Both the position numbers and the translations under genes were made by a program. From Octopus vulgaris (Eukaryota), in contig OX597826.1 of the NCBI GenBank assembly GCA_951406725.2, forward strand, positions 7,192,001 through 7,256,000: DNA of 64,000 nt. The letters run 5' to 3'. This document shows positions 43,941-56,244 of the stretch, piece after piece. Every line of letters begins with the position of its first letter. The first letter of the stretch is position 1. The notes beneath the pieces are model-generated. The model worked only from the letters and a program-made list of their open reading frames with translations, did not search any database and was not told where the DNA came from.

Positions 43941-44460
43941 TACTTCTTTAATACCAACAAGGGGCTAAACACAGAGAGGACAAACAAAGACAGACAAACG
44001 GATTAAGTCGATTATATCGACCCCAGTGCGTAACTGGTACTTATTTAATCGACCCCGAAAGGATGAAAGGCAAAGTTGACCTCGGCGGAATTTGAACTCA
44101 GAACGTAGCGGAAGACGAAATACCGTCAAGAATTTCGCCCGCCGTGCTAAACATTCGGCCAGCTCGTCGACTTAGAAAGTCTACCTCGGCGAATTTCAAC
44201 TGAGAACGTAGCGGCAGACGAAATACATATTTCTTTACTACCCACAAGGGGCTAAACACAGATGGGACAAACAAGGACAGACAAACGGATTAAGTCGATT
44301 ACATCGACCCCAGTGCGTAACTGGTGCTTATTTAATCGACCCCGAAAGGATGAAAGGCAAAGTCGACCTCGGCGTAATTTGAAATCAGAACGTAACGACA
44401 TACGAAATACCGCCAAGCATTTCGTCCGGCGTGCTAACGATTCTGCCAGCTCGCCAACTT
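43941..44460 (-). mobile_element. Composite of two Nin/Deu-type SINEs plus a partial internal repeat, bounded by one 19-bp target-site duplication
   Basis: TATGTACCATAAGAATACC at 43922-43940 and 44461-44479. Confidence 0.9.
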
Positions 44461-45292
44461 TATGTACCATAAGAATACCATTATGACTATCAACTACACT
44501 AACAATAGTACAAACAAGCAGCTAACTGCAACGGCACTACATTTAAAGACACTACATGTGATGGTAGAAGAAAGAAATACGATTCAATACCAAAACAAGT
44601 GTAGCAAGGAGAATAAAGAAACAAGCGTTTTACGTTAATTTGTTTTTACTTTTTATATGGATTCTAAGTTATTCTCTAGTAAACGTTAAACGTCTCAGTT
44701 ATACAATAGACAAGATGGTTCTTTTTTTTTTTATTATATATATCATTGTTTTTATTCAGTGCCTTTATCACTACACTCCACACGAATTTACCTCAGGCTA
44801 ATATTTCAGAGATAAAGTAAAATAAACGGTGAACAAACAATTGTTTATTATCCTGCTAAATTACCCTAACAGAATAAGGAAAAAGCAAAGAAAAAAAAAA
44901 AGAAAATGGAAAGTACAAAACAAAAAGAAAAACATAAAAAATAACAAACAAAAGCCTATCAATTTTACAAATCATGTGGTCTCACGTATTAGGTGGAAAA
45001 AGTAAAATAACAAAGCACAACAACAAAGTTATTCAGGCTGAGCTTTAGAGAGAGAGAGACGTACTTGGAGTCTTACTGTAGGTTATAATTTGTAATTGAG
45101 CGAAGGGGGGACAACTCAAACAATTGAAGACAATATAATGTGATGGGCTGAAGGCAATAAATTGATGCCTCGATAAAGGAATAAGAAATATAATAGTCTT
45201 TATGATTCTTGTGAAAAATGCCAAAAAATATGGATAAGATGAGACGGAACTAAACTATGACTCCAAATTAATTTAGGTTGTGTTCTGAATTC

Positions 45293-45361
<69 letters not shown>

Positions 45362-45379
45362 CATTATTATTATTGTTGC

Positions 45380-45425
<46 letters not shown>

Positions 45426-45596
45426 ATTATTATTATTATTATTATTTTGTTTGCTTTTATTTAAAAACAAAAATTGACATTCATTTCCAAAGCGCTTGCG
45501 CTATGGCCATGAGATGACACGAAACAAATATTTGTTCAGAGTTCTAATTACTCTCATTACAAATATACACACTAATTCTAACAAACGTTCTCACTC

Positions 45597-45708
<112 letters not shown>

Positions 45709-45822
45709 CCTACCTATCTATCTAGCTATCTAGCTATCTATTCATCTATATGTCAATGTACTGATTGTTTAAAATATACAATATATATAATATGATTATG
45801 CAAGCTTACATAAATATATACA

Positions 45823-45980
45823 GGCACAGGAGTGACTGTGTGGTAAGTAGCTTGCTTACCAACCACATGGTTCCGGATTCAGTCTCCCGGCATGGTACCT
45901 TCAGCAAGGGTCTTTTTCTATGGCCTCGGGCTGACCAAAGTCTTGTGATTTTGTAGATGGACACTGAAAGAAGCCCCTAG

Positions 45981-46039
<59 letters not shown>

Positions 46040-46252
46040 ACATTTGTGTGTCTGTGTTTGTCCCTCACCATCGCTTGACAACTGATGTTGGTGTGTTTAC
46101 GCCCTCGTAACTTAGCCGTTCGTTAAAAGAGACCGATAGAAAAAAAGTACTACGCTTACAAAGAATAAGTCCTGGGGTCGATTTCTTCGACTAAACGCGG
46201 TGCAACAGCATTGCCGCAGTAAAATTATTGAAACAAATATAAAAATAAAAGA
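45823..46252 (+). mobile_element. Full-length group 1 SINE
   Basis: Colinear with 10987-11393. Confidence 0.9.
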
Positions 46253-46771
46253 GTACAAAAATATGTATACATATCCAAATGTATGTACATACCAATACGT
46301 ATATCTATATATGTGCATTTATATTTTTGTAAATACACACACACGCACAATATATATATATCGCACAGTCATATCAGAATGCAAAAATATGTGTGCGCAC
46401 ACTTATATATATATTTCAATATATATATATATATGTATATATATATATGTTAGTGTGTATGAACGTATTTATGTGTATGTGAGTTTGGGCGTGATATATT
46501 CAAATTGTGCGGATATTTGTGACAATGTACGAACATGTATATTTATGCGCGAATAGTCGTGTCTTATTGAAATTAATTTCATTTCTAAATCGATGTATTC
46601 TCAGTTATACTCATAATTTTTTTTCTTTTATTTCAGTTTCCCGAATTTGATTGAGATTCAAAATTGTTTTTTTTCCCTGTTTAAATTTCAACTACGAAAA
46701 AAAAACGAAACAAATAATAAAACGAAAACAAACAAACTATATGGTAAAGTAATAACATCAACAACAATTAA

Positions 46772-46797
46772 AAATAATAATGATAATAATAATAATG

Positions 46798-46870
<73 letters not shown>

Positions 46871-46886
46871 TGATGATGATGATGAT

Positions 46887-46943
<57 letters not shown>

Positions 46944-47036
46944 TATTATTATTATTATCATTATTGTAACAACAACTACGAGGGAAACGACAATAATAAT
47001 TGTAGTAATAATAATAATGATAATAATAATAATAAT

Positions 47037-47072
<36 letters not shown>

Positions 47073-47130
47073 GGAAGAATATTTGAAGAAAAGACAGAAA
47101 ATAATAATAATAATTATTATTATTATTATT

Positions 47131-47172
<42 letters not shown>
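46772..47172. repeat. (AAT)n-rich compound array
   Basis: Read directly. Confidence 0.95.
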
Positions 47173-47464
47173 TTGAGAAACTATGCTGGAAGGAAATTTC
47201 GGTAATATTAGGGTCTTCTTTAATGATTTCTTTGGGCTGCAAATCTGCTATGCCTGTAATACCAAAGAAAAATCTATTGACATGGGGCCAAAATTTCTTC
47301 CATGCCATCTTCAAATACCATTTCCTGAGTTAATATTGCTCCTGAGAAAACAAAATTCTTCATTGTCTGCTTTACAAATCAAATATTTTCTCATCTAAAA
47401 TTTACTTTCTGAGGTTTGTGATATTTTATTGATATTACTTTTTTATTTGCATTTAAAAACGTTA

Positions 47465-47534
<70 letters not shown>

Positions 47535-47647
47535 CATTATTATTATTACTGTTGTTATGATTTATTATTATTGTGAACGTTGTGATTACTATCATTCAAG
47601 TTCTTATCGCTAGTATCATAGTTATCACTCTTATTATTGTAATTCTT

Positions 47648-47678
<31 letters not shown>

Positions 47679-47702
47679 TTATTATTATTATTATTATTAT
47701 TC

Positions 47703-47758
<56 letters not shown>

Positions 47759-48374
47759 GTCGTTGTTGTTGTTGTTGTTGTTGTTATTGTTATATGTTTT
47801 TGTCCTTTAGCTATTTATTTTTATTCGTATTGCTATTTCCAAACGTTTTCTCCGACCACACTTAGTGGTCAGTAAAGACAACATTAATATAACTCTACTG
47901 TCCTTATTATGTGGCTGAGAGAGGCCATCATGTTGCGAGTGAACGGGCCGGACACGAGTATACATCTCTAAATCGCAGATAAATAACTGAGAAAAGGCTC
48001 CTTCCGCAGAAGCCAGATCAATCTTGGTTTTGTAGGTTTCTCCATGAGCAGACCTCGAACGATTCCCGATTGAGGACGACTCATTGTTAATATAATACCT
48101 TAAAGTTTTGTTCTTTATCTGTTAAAGATATTTCCACGCAAAACTCTCCAATCATAACACTCGCACTCACATACACACACGGACACATACATACACGCAC
48201 GCACGTACTCGCGCACACACCAACACGCACACGTACTCACAGCCATACACATATATACACACCTGCGCACACATACACACACACAGTCACTTAATATTTT
48301 GTCCTGCATCGTCCTTAATTTTTTTTAATATAAACCCTTTGTGGTTAAGGAATCTTCTTCATCATCATTATTAT

Positions 48375-49158
48375 TTAAGACATCGCACAGTATCCAGTAT
48401 CGTAATGTTGTTGATTAAAGGCGTCAAGCTGGCAGAAACGTTAGCACGCCGGGCGAAATGTGTAGCCGTATTTAGTCTACAGTTACGTCCTGAGTTCAAA
48501 TTCCGCCGAGGTCGACTTTGCCTTTCATCCTTTCGAGGACGATAAATTAAGTACCAGTGACGCACTGTGGTCGATGTAATCGACTTAATCCCTTTGTCTA
48601 TCCTTGTTTGTCCCCTCTGTGTTTAGCTCCTTGTGGGTAGTAAAGAAATAGATACCGTGTCTACCAGGGTTTGCACCGTTTGTCAAGTCATAGCAAGGAC
48701 CTCAGAAAGAGAGTACATTTATGCAATATGCGTGCGATTCCAAGTAATGCTGATTTTTGCAATACACCTAGATTGCAGGGTTTCCAGGCTTTTATTCATT
48801 AATCCATTTTCAGTAATCTGAAACATACGCAGCTGGTTTCAAAGCTATAATGATCTTTTACCGACAGATTAACCTTTGCCATTGTTCTTGTCTAGCAAGA
48901 CTTGTTCATAGAAATTAATTGCCATTTTGTTCATATCAACAGACCAGTTGCGGTTGCGAGCACGTTGCATAATTTGGCCAGTAAAAGGATTACGACTGGA
49001 TGGAGTTTAGTCTTCCACTTCATTGCCCTCTGAGGGGTCCCTGCCAGGCGCAGGATATCTGGTGTCTTGGACATCCAGGGGTGTCTTCCTGTTCATGCCC
49101 TTATTTGGGTTTGAAATTCCTGTCATTGCAAAGAATGAGAATTCTTCTTAGTATCATT
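48375..49158 (-). mobile_element. Internally deleted R4/Dong-like element (family E): ORF N-terminus fused to RLE C-terminus and 3'UTR, interrupted by a SINE at 48418-48652
   Basis: MTGISNPNK...RARNRNWSVDMNKMAINFYEQ..GKG*SVGKRSL*L*NQLRMFQITENGLMNK joined at about 48790 to CNLGVLQKSALLGIARILHK(V)LSF*; TAA repeats on both sides. Confidence 0.78.
48418..48652 (+). mobile_element. Full-length Nin/Deu-type SINE
   Basis: Colinear with 22111-22343. Confidence 0.9.
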
Positions 49159-49168
49159 TTTATTATTA

Positions 49169-49235
<67 letters not shown>

Positions 49236-49494
49236 GCCCGTCTTTACTTTCTGCCTTCAAATTCCACTGAGGTCAGCTTTGCCTTTCCTCCTTTCGGGAT
49301 GAAGGCTGGGGTCCACGTAATCGACTTACACCCCTCTCCAAATTTGCTGGTCTTGTGACTAAATTGGAGATTATTATGATTATTATTATTATAATTATTA
49401 TTATTATTATTATTAGTAGTAGTAGTAGTAGAAGTAGTAGTTGTAGTAGTAGCAGCACCAACAGTAGTAGCAGCAGCAGCAGTAGTAGTAGTAG

Positions 49495-49546
<52 letters not shown>

Positions 49547-49944
49547 GTAATTGTGATCTTACTTTTATTCCTGGGCACGCACTCGTTTTCCTTTCTGGAC
49601 TTTAATATTTGAAATCCTATAAACATTGGGAGACGGCATGTGCTGTGAATGTTTATTGAATCCATTTTGTCTTTTAACTGGTAAAACCACCACAGAAATC
49701 ATGGGAGCCTGCTACAATGAAATCTTGCATTTTGCCAATTCATTATGCATGCATGTAAAACCAGAGAACCATGGCACGGCTGAGGATATATAGACTCTAT
49801 TAGAATATAGAATACATGTGTTCTGTTGATCTGCTAGAAATAGCAATAACACTTGCCTAGAAGGACATACAGAAGTCTCGAAAAGAAAACGACATTTTGT
49901 ACAGCTTAATGCAAAATGCAAGTTTTCGTTTTGTCTCTTAAATG

Positions 49945-50325
49945 ACATGGTTCCCAAGAACATGGTTCCCAACATGGTTCCCAAGAACATGGTTCTGAGT
50001 TCAGTCCCACTGCCTGGCACATTCAGCAGGTGTCTTCTACTGTCGCCTCTGGCCGATGACTGTTTTGTGAGTGGATTTGGGAGACACACACTGAAAGAAG
50101 CCCGATATGTTTGTGTGTGAGTGTGTGTGAGTGTGTGTGTGTGTTTGTTCACACATCGCCGTTTGATAACCGTGGCTGGTTTGTTGTCGCCCCTGTAAAT
50201 TGGCGGTTCCGCAAAAAACACCGATAGAATCAGTACTCAGCTTACAAAATAAGTCCTCTGGTTAATTTGTTCGTATTAAACCTCCAAATGTGATGCGTCG
50301 AATGACTGAAACAAGTTAAATAGGA
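49945..50325 (+). mobile_element. 5'-truncated group 1 SINE with a reiterated 5' junction
   Basis: ACATGGTTC four times, then a SINE body colinear with 10987-11393. Confidence 0.8.
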
Positions 50326-50360
50326 AAATAATATATATAAATAAGAATATATATAAATAA

Positions 50361-50400
<40 letters not shown>

Positions 50401-50419
50401 ATGTGTGTGTACATATGGA

Positions 50420-50895
50420 AGTAGATGTATGGTAGGTAGCTTGCTTACCAACCACCTGCGCGGCACCTTGGGCAAGTGTCTTCTACTATAGCCTCGGGCC
50501 GACCGAAGCCTTGTGAGTGGATTTGATAGACGGAAACTGAAAAAGCCCGTCGTATATATGTATATATATGTATGATGTGCGTGTATATGTTTGTTTATCC
50601 GTGTTTGTTCCCACCAACGTCGCTTGACAACCGATGTTGGTGTGTTTACGTCTCCGTAACTTAGCGGTTCGACAAAAGAAACCGCAAGAATATGTACTAG
50701 GCTCACAAAGAATAAGCCCCTCCTCAACAGCTCGACACCCGGCGTTGGTGTGTTTCAGAGATCCATAGAACAAATACTAGGCTTAACATGAAATACTGGG
50801 GTGGCGGGGCGGGGGCGATTGAATCGATTAAATGCTCTTCAACGTGTTGCCTGGGCATGACCGCAGTCTAATAAGTGAAACAAGTAAAAAATAAA
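50420..50895 (+). mobile_element. Group 1 SINE with a partial 3' duplication
   Basis: Colinear with 10987-11393; the GACAACCGATGTTGGTGTGTTT segment is repeated. Confidence 0.82.
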
Positions 50896-50934
50896 GAACT
50901 TTTCTATTTTGAGTCTTGGCAATTAATTCGATTT

Positions 50935-51163
50935 AATGTTCATGGAACTTAATTGCTATTTTGTTCATATCAACAGACCAGTTGCGCTTGCGAGAACGCT
51001 ACATATTCTGGCCAGTAAAAGGATTACGATTGGATGGCGTTTAGTCTTCCACTTCATTGCAATCTGAGGTGTCCCTGCCGGCCGCAGGGTATCTGGTGTC
51101 TTGGACATCCAGGGGTGTTATATTTAAGAGCCTTGTATTTTCATCTTCTCTGTATCATTTTAG
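50935..51163 (-). mobile_element. Second diverged copy of the family E R4/Dong-like 5' end
   Basis: Clearly homologous to 48905-49160 (TPLDVQDTRYPAAGRD...RSRKRNWSVDMNKIAIKFHEH); both begin AAAATGATAC. Confidence 0.75.
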
Positions 51164-51722
51164 TTGATTTTAAAGGGTAAGTAGCATTTGCGTTATTCTG
51201 TACATTTTAACCTTCATATCTGTTAAAAAGACAAGATAGCTGATCTGAGGCAAAACAATTAAAAGAAGCCAACAAGGGTAATCTTAAAGAAAGAGACAGA
51301 AAGTTTGGGAATAAACAGACAGAAACAAGCCCTGCATGAATTATTTCAGTCAGGCGAATGGATTGCAATGGATATACTTTCATTCAGTCAGCAGGGAATG
51401 AGACGATTTGGCACGACTTCCTCTATATTGAACCTGTTATGGCGACAGTACTTTTTTGGCACCAGAGGAAAGCGCGCACATGTTTGCACGCACGCAGGCG
51501 CACCAAGCAATATATATATACGGAGAGATAGATATACCTAGGTAGATAGATAGATAGATAGATAGGTAGATAGATGGATAAAGAGGGAAAGAGAAAGAGC
51601 GGGAGGAAGAGGGAAGGAGAGAGAGGGAGAGAGAGAGACATCGCAAATTATTCGTTGTAACCGATTGAAATAAACACTTCTCTCTCCTCGTAACAAATAA
51701 GGAGAAATATGCTCAAACACAT

Positions 51723-51760
<38 letters not shown>

Positions 51761-51967
51761 GACAATGAGGGAGAGAGAGAGGGGACGTAGAGAGTTAACG
51801 GGAGAAGACTTAAAGTGTATATAAAATAAACCGAGTGCCACAAATACATCGTCTTTTCACGTACGCATAAAGAAAATACACACATACGAGAGAGAGAGAG
51901 ATAAAGAGAGAATGCGATGAAGAGAGAAACATAGAAGGGAAAGAGACAGAGAAAGAGAGAGAGAGGC

Positions 51968-52011
<44 letters not shown>

Positions 52012-52063
52012 ATAAACAGATACAGAAGCATGTTTATTGCAAGGTGGGGGTCTTTTTTATATA

Positions 52064-52574
52064 CAGTATTCCCTCGCCATATCGCGGTTCACCTATCGCG
52101 GTTTATCATTTAAGCTCACGTCGATTCCTCCGGGTGTGGTGTTTTTGTATTTATAATGGCTTAGTGGTTAGAGCTGCGGACTCGCGGTCGAGGAATCGCG
52201 GGTTCGAATCTCAGACTGGGCCATATTTGTGTTTATGAACGAAACACCTAAGCTCCATGCGGCTCCGGCAGAAAGTAATGGCGAATTTCTGCTGACTCTT
52301 TCACCACAACTTTCTCTCACTCTTTCCTCCTGCATCTTGCAGCTCACCTGCGACCGACCGGCGTCCCGTCCAGGTGGGGAACCTATACGCCAAGGAAACC
52401 GGGAAACCGGCCCTTATGAGCCAGGCATTGCTCCAGTAGGGACAAACAACAAATATATACAAATTATAAACAATAAAAAATATAGACAGTACAGTATTTT
52501 TATCTACTTCACAGATTTTCACCTATCGCGGTGAGTTTTGGAACGTAACACTCGCGGTAGTCGAGGGATTACTG
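52064..52574. mobile_element. Tigger/pogo-type non-autonomous DNA transposon with TA target duplication, carrying a nested SINE
   Basis: TA|CAGTATTCCCTCGCCATATCGCG ... CGCGGTAGTCGAGGGATTACTG|TA. Confidence 0.85.
52153..52452 (+). mobile_element. SINE with a group 3 head and a different (Meta/V-domain-like) 3' part
   Basis: Head as in 27425 and 32801; 3' part CCTGCGACCGACCGGCGTCCCGTCCAGG..GAAACCGGGAAACCGGCC shared with 60036-60100. Confidence 0.8.
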
Positions 52575-54422
52575 TAAATGCTCCCTGTCTCTCTCTCACT
52601 CTCATCGATTTTTTCAGCTCACCAGTCAAAATTTAAATTGACGGTCAGTTCTACTTTGTCCAGAGATGTACAGGAATCAAACGCGAGGAAAATGTTCTTT
52701 TCCATATTTCGTCAATACTTCACCCAACCACCATAAATGTAAATTGAAGCAGAATGCTAAACGAAATTTAACTGTCGCGTAGTTTCATAGCTGTGATTGC
52801 AAGGCAGCTGACAACTAGAATAAAAACAAAATATTTACGTCACCAAAAGGTCCCAGGAACAGAACACCTGATGTCAAATATCTTCAGGGTCGGATAGGTG
52901 ACGGCAAGGCCCAAACGGCTGGACCAAAACATTTTATAGTCAGCAAGGACCGGTGAGCAACATAATTTTTCCCGATGGATAGAAAGCTAGCCAACTTCAG
53001 CTAACATTGTCGATTGGTCTGTTACATGTTAGTGAACAGTTGAATGATCTGAGATGCATAGAAACTCATACACTATAGAAGTTTACTCGTGAGATTTCAA
53101 CTTTATAACGTTTATCTTCTACTTCGATACAGGGCCACTTAAATTCTTCGATATTGATTTAGGATAAATGATATTTCAAGGAAATTTTACGTAATATTCT
53201 GTAGCACTCATGAATAAATTAATTCGATTTAGGAATATAATTTCACTGTTGCTCTGAAGAAAATTTGGGATAATAACCCCTAGAGAAGAATTCACGTCTG
53301 AAAATATCGATCATCATATAAAACCTTGTTGTCTCATTATGCACCAATACAATAAGAACTGCAAAAGTTCTTTCTTGTGGTTTGCTAGTGCATTAGTTAC
53401 TATTCAATTTAGACCATTCCGATATTCCGACGTTCTCTCTGGTGACCATAATCTCAAAAATGTTTTACAATATGGATAGCAATAGAATAATTAATTTTAT
53501 AAAGTGTAAAGTGTGTTTCGTAATTTTCTTCGTACACCAAATCTTAGATCTACATCACCAGACACTTATACATAAAAACGACCGGAATAGAAAAGCTTCT
53601 ATAGAAGCTTCTACCAGGGTGGTCGTTGTTGAGATGCAGCCGCTTATCTACAATGTGTACAGCTCGTGACAGAGCTTCAATTTGCAGTCCCATATACAGA
53701 CCCAAAAGTACCACCCAAAAGCACTGTCCGGATCGAACCACACTCGCATAGGCTACAGGGAAAATGATTTATCAGTTAAAGTCAATCGCAATCCGTCAGA
53801 TATCTTTCTCGAATATTCTCTTTTGCATGTTTTCTCTAAGAAATAACTGTACCCATGTAACTCCTTTAAGATAGAAGCTAGAAATGTATTTTATATACAA
53901 TCAGAACATTTACCTTTCGTTCGAGAGTCAATTAAATATTTTTGTCTACATGATAGAGTCTAGCACCTTAAATATGTGCGTTGATAGATTCGATTTTTCA
54001 CTTCATGCTTGGAACCATTTCCTAATCATTATGCTTTTAGGAAAGGTATGAATCTCTTCCAGTCTAGCTCCGCCTTTCTATAAATTCCTGGCCTTGTTCC
54101 AAAGTAACAAATCAAGTTATAATTTTGCCACAGTTTGTTTATATTAAAGCTACTAAAGTTGGCGCTGTTTGAAACATTATCTTGTATAGTGGTAATTTCA
54201 TGTTATAACGCTGTCTGTGGCATGTTTATCGTTCTCAAATGATATTTCATTTTACGAATTCCGGCTCAGTTATTGGCATTCGATAGAGTTTGATGTAAAA
54301 TCTGTTACTTTAAGTATTGCTATTAATACTGCTACTATCTGTATTACCGTTAGTGTCTGGCCGGTGGGTTGTCCGCTGTATTAGTGTGTCGAACGAAATA
54401 CTTTGCAACATTAAACAAGGTG

Positions 54423-54820
54423 AAGGCGGTGAATTAGCAGACTCGTTAAGACGCCGGGCAAAGAGGCTTAGCGGTATTTCGTCTGCCGTTACGTTCTGAG
54501 TTCAAATTCCGCCGAAGTCGACTTTGCCTTTCATACTTTCGGGGTCGATAAATTTAGTACCAGTTGTGCACTGGGGTCGATGTAATTGACTTAATCCTTT
54601 TGTCTGCCCTTTTTTGTCCCCTCTGTGTTTAGCCCCTTGTGGGTAATAAAGAAATAGGTATTTCGTCCGTCGTTACGTTTTGAGTTCAAATTCCGCCGAG
54701 GTCGACTTTGCTTTTCTTTCCGGGTTCCATAAAATAAGTGCCAGCTGAATACCGGAAATGATGCAACCGACTTACCCACTTCCTCCGAAATTGCTGGCTT
54801 TGTACCAAAGTTTTAAACCG
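54423..54820 (+). mobile_element. Nin/Deu-type SINE whose tail runs into a second internal copy
   Basis: Full unit 54423-54657, then GGTATTTCGTCCGTCGTTACG... again with the alternative tail. Confidence 0.87.
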
Positions 54821-55292
54821 ATATATAGTTCGGTAATTCATGTTCAGCGTTCAAATCCATGCTGCAGTTCCACTTCTTGGGTCAAGTCGATAAAATTGAT
54901 CCTAGTACTTATTTTAATATTTAGTACTTATGCTATTGGTCTCCTTCGCCGAACCGCTAATGGTGACGTGAACAAACCAACACCGGTTACTAAGCGATGT
55001 AGGGGATATACACACGCAGATATACACACACATATAATCCATAAGTTGAGCTATATTAAAAAGAATTAATATTGATTGACTCAGGTTCGCTCTTATCCCT
55101 GGTAGAATTTCTGAGGGCAGCAAGTGACTACCTGTAACCCTAGGTATCAACTAACTTTCAATGATCATTCCAACCTGATCTTCCTTCAAGTACAGCCGGT
55201 TGGTATCAACTTTCGGATGGTGAGTTCCATAAATTGTCAACAGCTTTCTAATTCATAAAAGAATTATTATCATCATTATTATTATTATTATT

Positions 55293-55737
55293 CAGTAGTT
55301 TTATTTTTATAGCGTGCTTTCACTTCACTACCGAGCGTAGCTCTGTGTGCCTTGGGTATGTGCTGTGATTTGTTGTGATGCTCTGATGGTTATTGTATGG
55401 AAAGTGTTCTGCGTAGGATGTGTGCAGTGCCTAGTAGTGCAATTTTCTGTATGTTATATGTGTTTGTAAGTCCTTGGTGTTTTTGTTATGTATTTGTCTG
55501 AATATTTTTTTATCATGCCTAATGCATCTACTATGATAGGAATTGTTTCTGGTTTTAGATTCCACATTCTAGTTACCTCTATTTCCAGGTCTTTGTATTT
55601 TGAGAGTTTCTCCATTTCTTTTAGAGACACGTTGTCATCTGCCGGTATTGATACATCAATTAGAAAGCATTTTTTTCTTCATGATCTCTGACAACTATAT
55701 CTGGTCTGTTGGCCTTAATTTCTCTATCTGTGTGTAT
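55293..55737 (-). mobile_element. R4/Dong-like RLE family B, 3' fragment
   Basis: IHTDREIKANRPDIVVRDH-KCFLIDVSIPADDNVSLKEMEKLSKYKDLEIEVTRMWNLK...NIQKIALLGTAHILRRTLSIQ*; TAA repeats on both sides. Confidence 0.9.
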
Positions 55738-55743
55738 GTGTGT

Positions 55744-55789
<46 letters not shown>

Positions 55790-55799
55790 TATGATTATA

Positions 55800-55843
<44 letters not shown>

Positions 55844-55846
<3 letters not shown>

Positions 55847-56127
55847 GTTTGACTTTTGCTTTATATTTGTACAAGTTGGCTCCAAGTCTCACCCAGAGAC
55901 CTCAAGAGACAACAGGTTGGAAGTTCATGTTGTTGTTATGCCTAGTGTGCCATATATTTGGGGTTTTTTTTGGTGTTATACTAGTGAATGTCTAAAAAAA
56001 AAACGAAAATTAGGTTTGTTTTAAACCTTGAGATTACATAGAAAGTATTTTGCGTAGGATATGAGCAGTTCCCATGAGCACTATCTTTTGAATTTCTGCC
56101 ATTTTTGGGTTTCCTGGTATCAGAGTT
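55844..56127 (-). mobile_element. R4/Dong-like family A, short 3' fragment
   Basis: IPGNPKMAEIQKIVLMGTAHILRKILSM* plus the same 3'UTR as at 12001 and 56245. Confidence 0.92.
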
Positions 56128-56134
56128 ATTATTA

Positions 56135-56209
<75 letters not shown>

Positions 56210-56244
56210 TATTATTATTATTATTAGTTATTATTATTATTATT

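Noticed and set aside
47175-47400. AWKKFWP peptide on the minus strand resembling a Tigger/pogo transposase motif
   Set aside because: Single short motif with no TIR or DDE context found.
48905-51163. Two ~190-bp similar blocks as possible duplicated host exons
   Set aside because: They share an in-frame stop, carry R4-type N-terminal motifs, and one is fused to an RLE C-terminus with TAA flanks, which indicates retroelement 5' ends.
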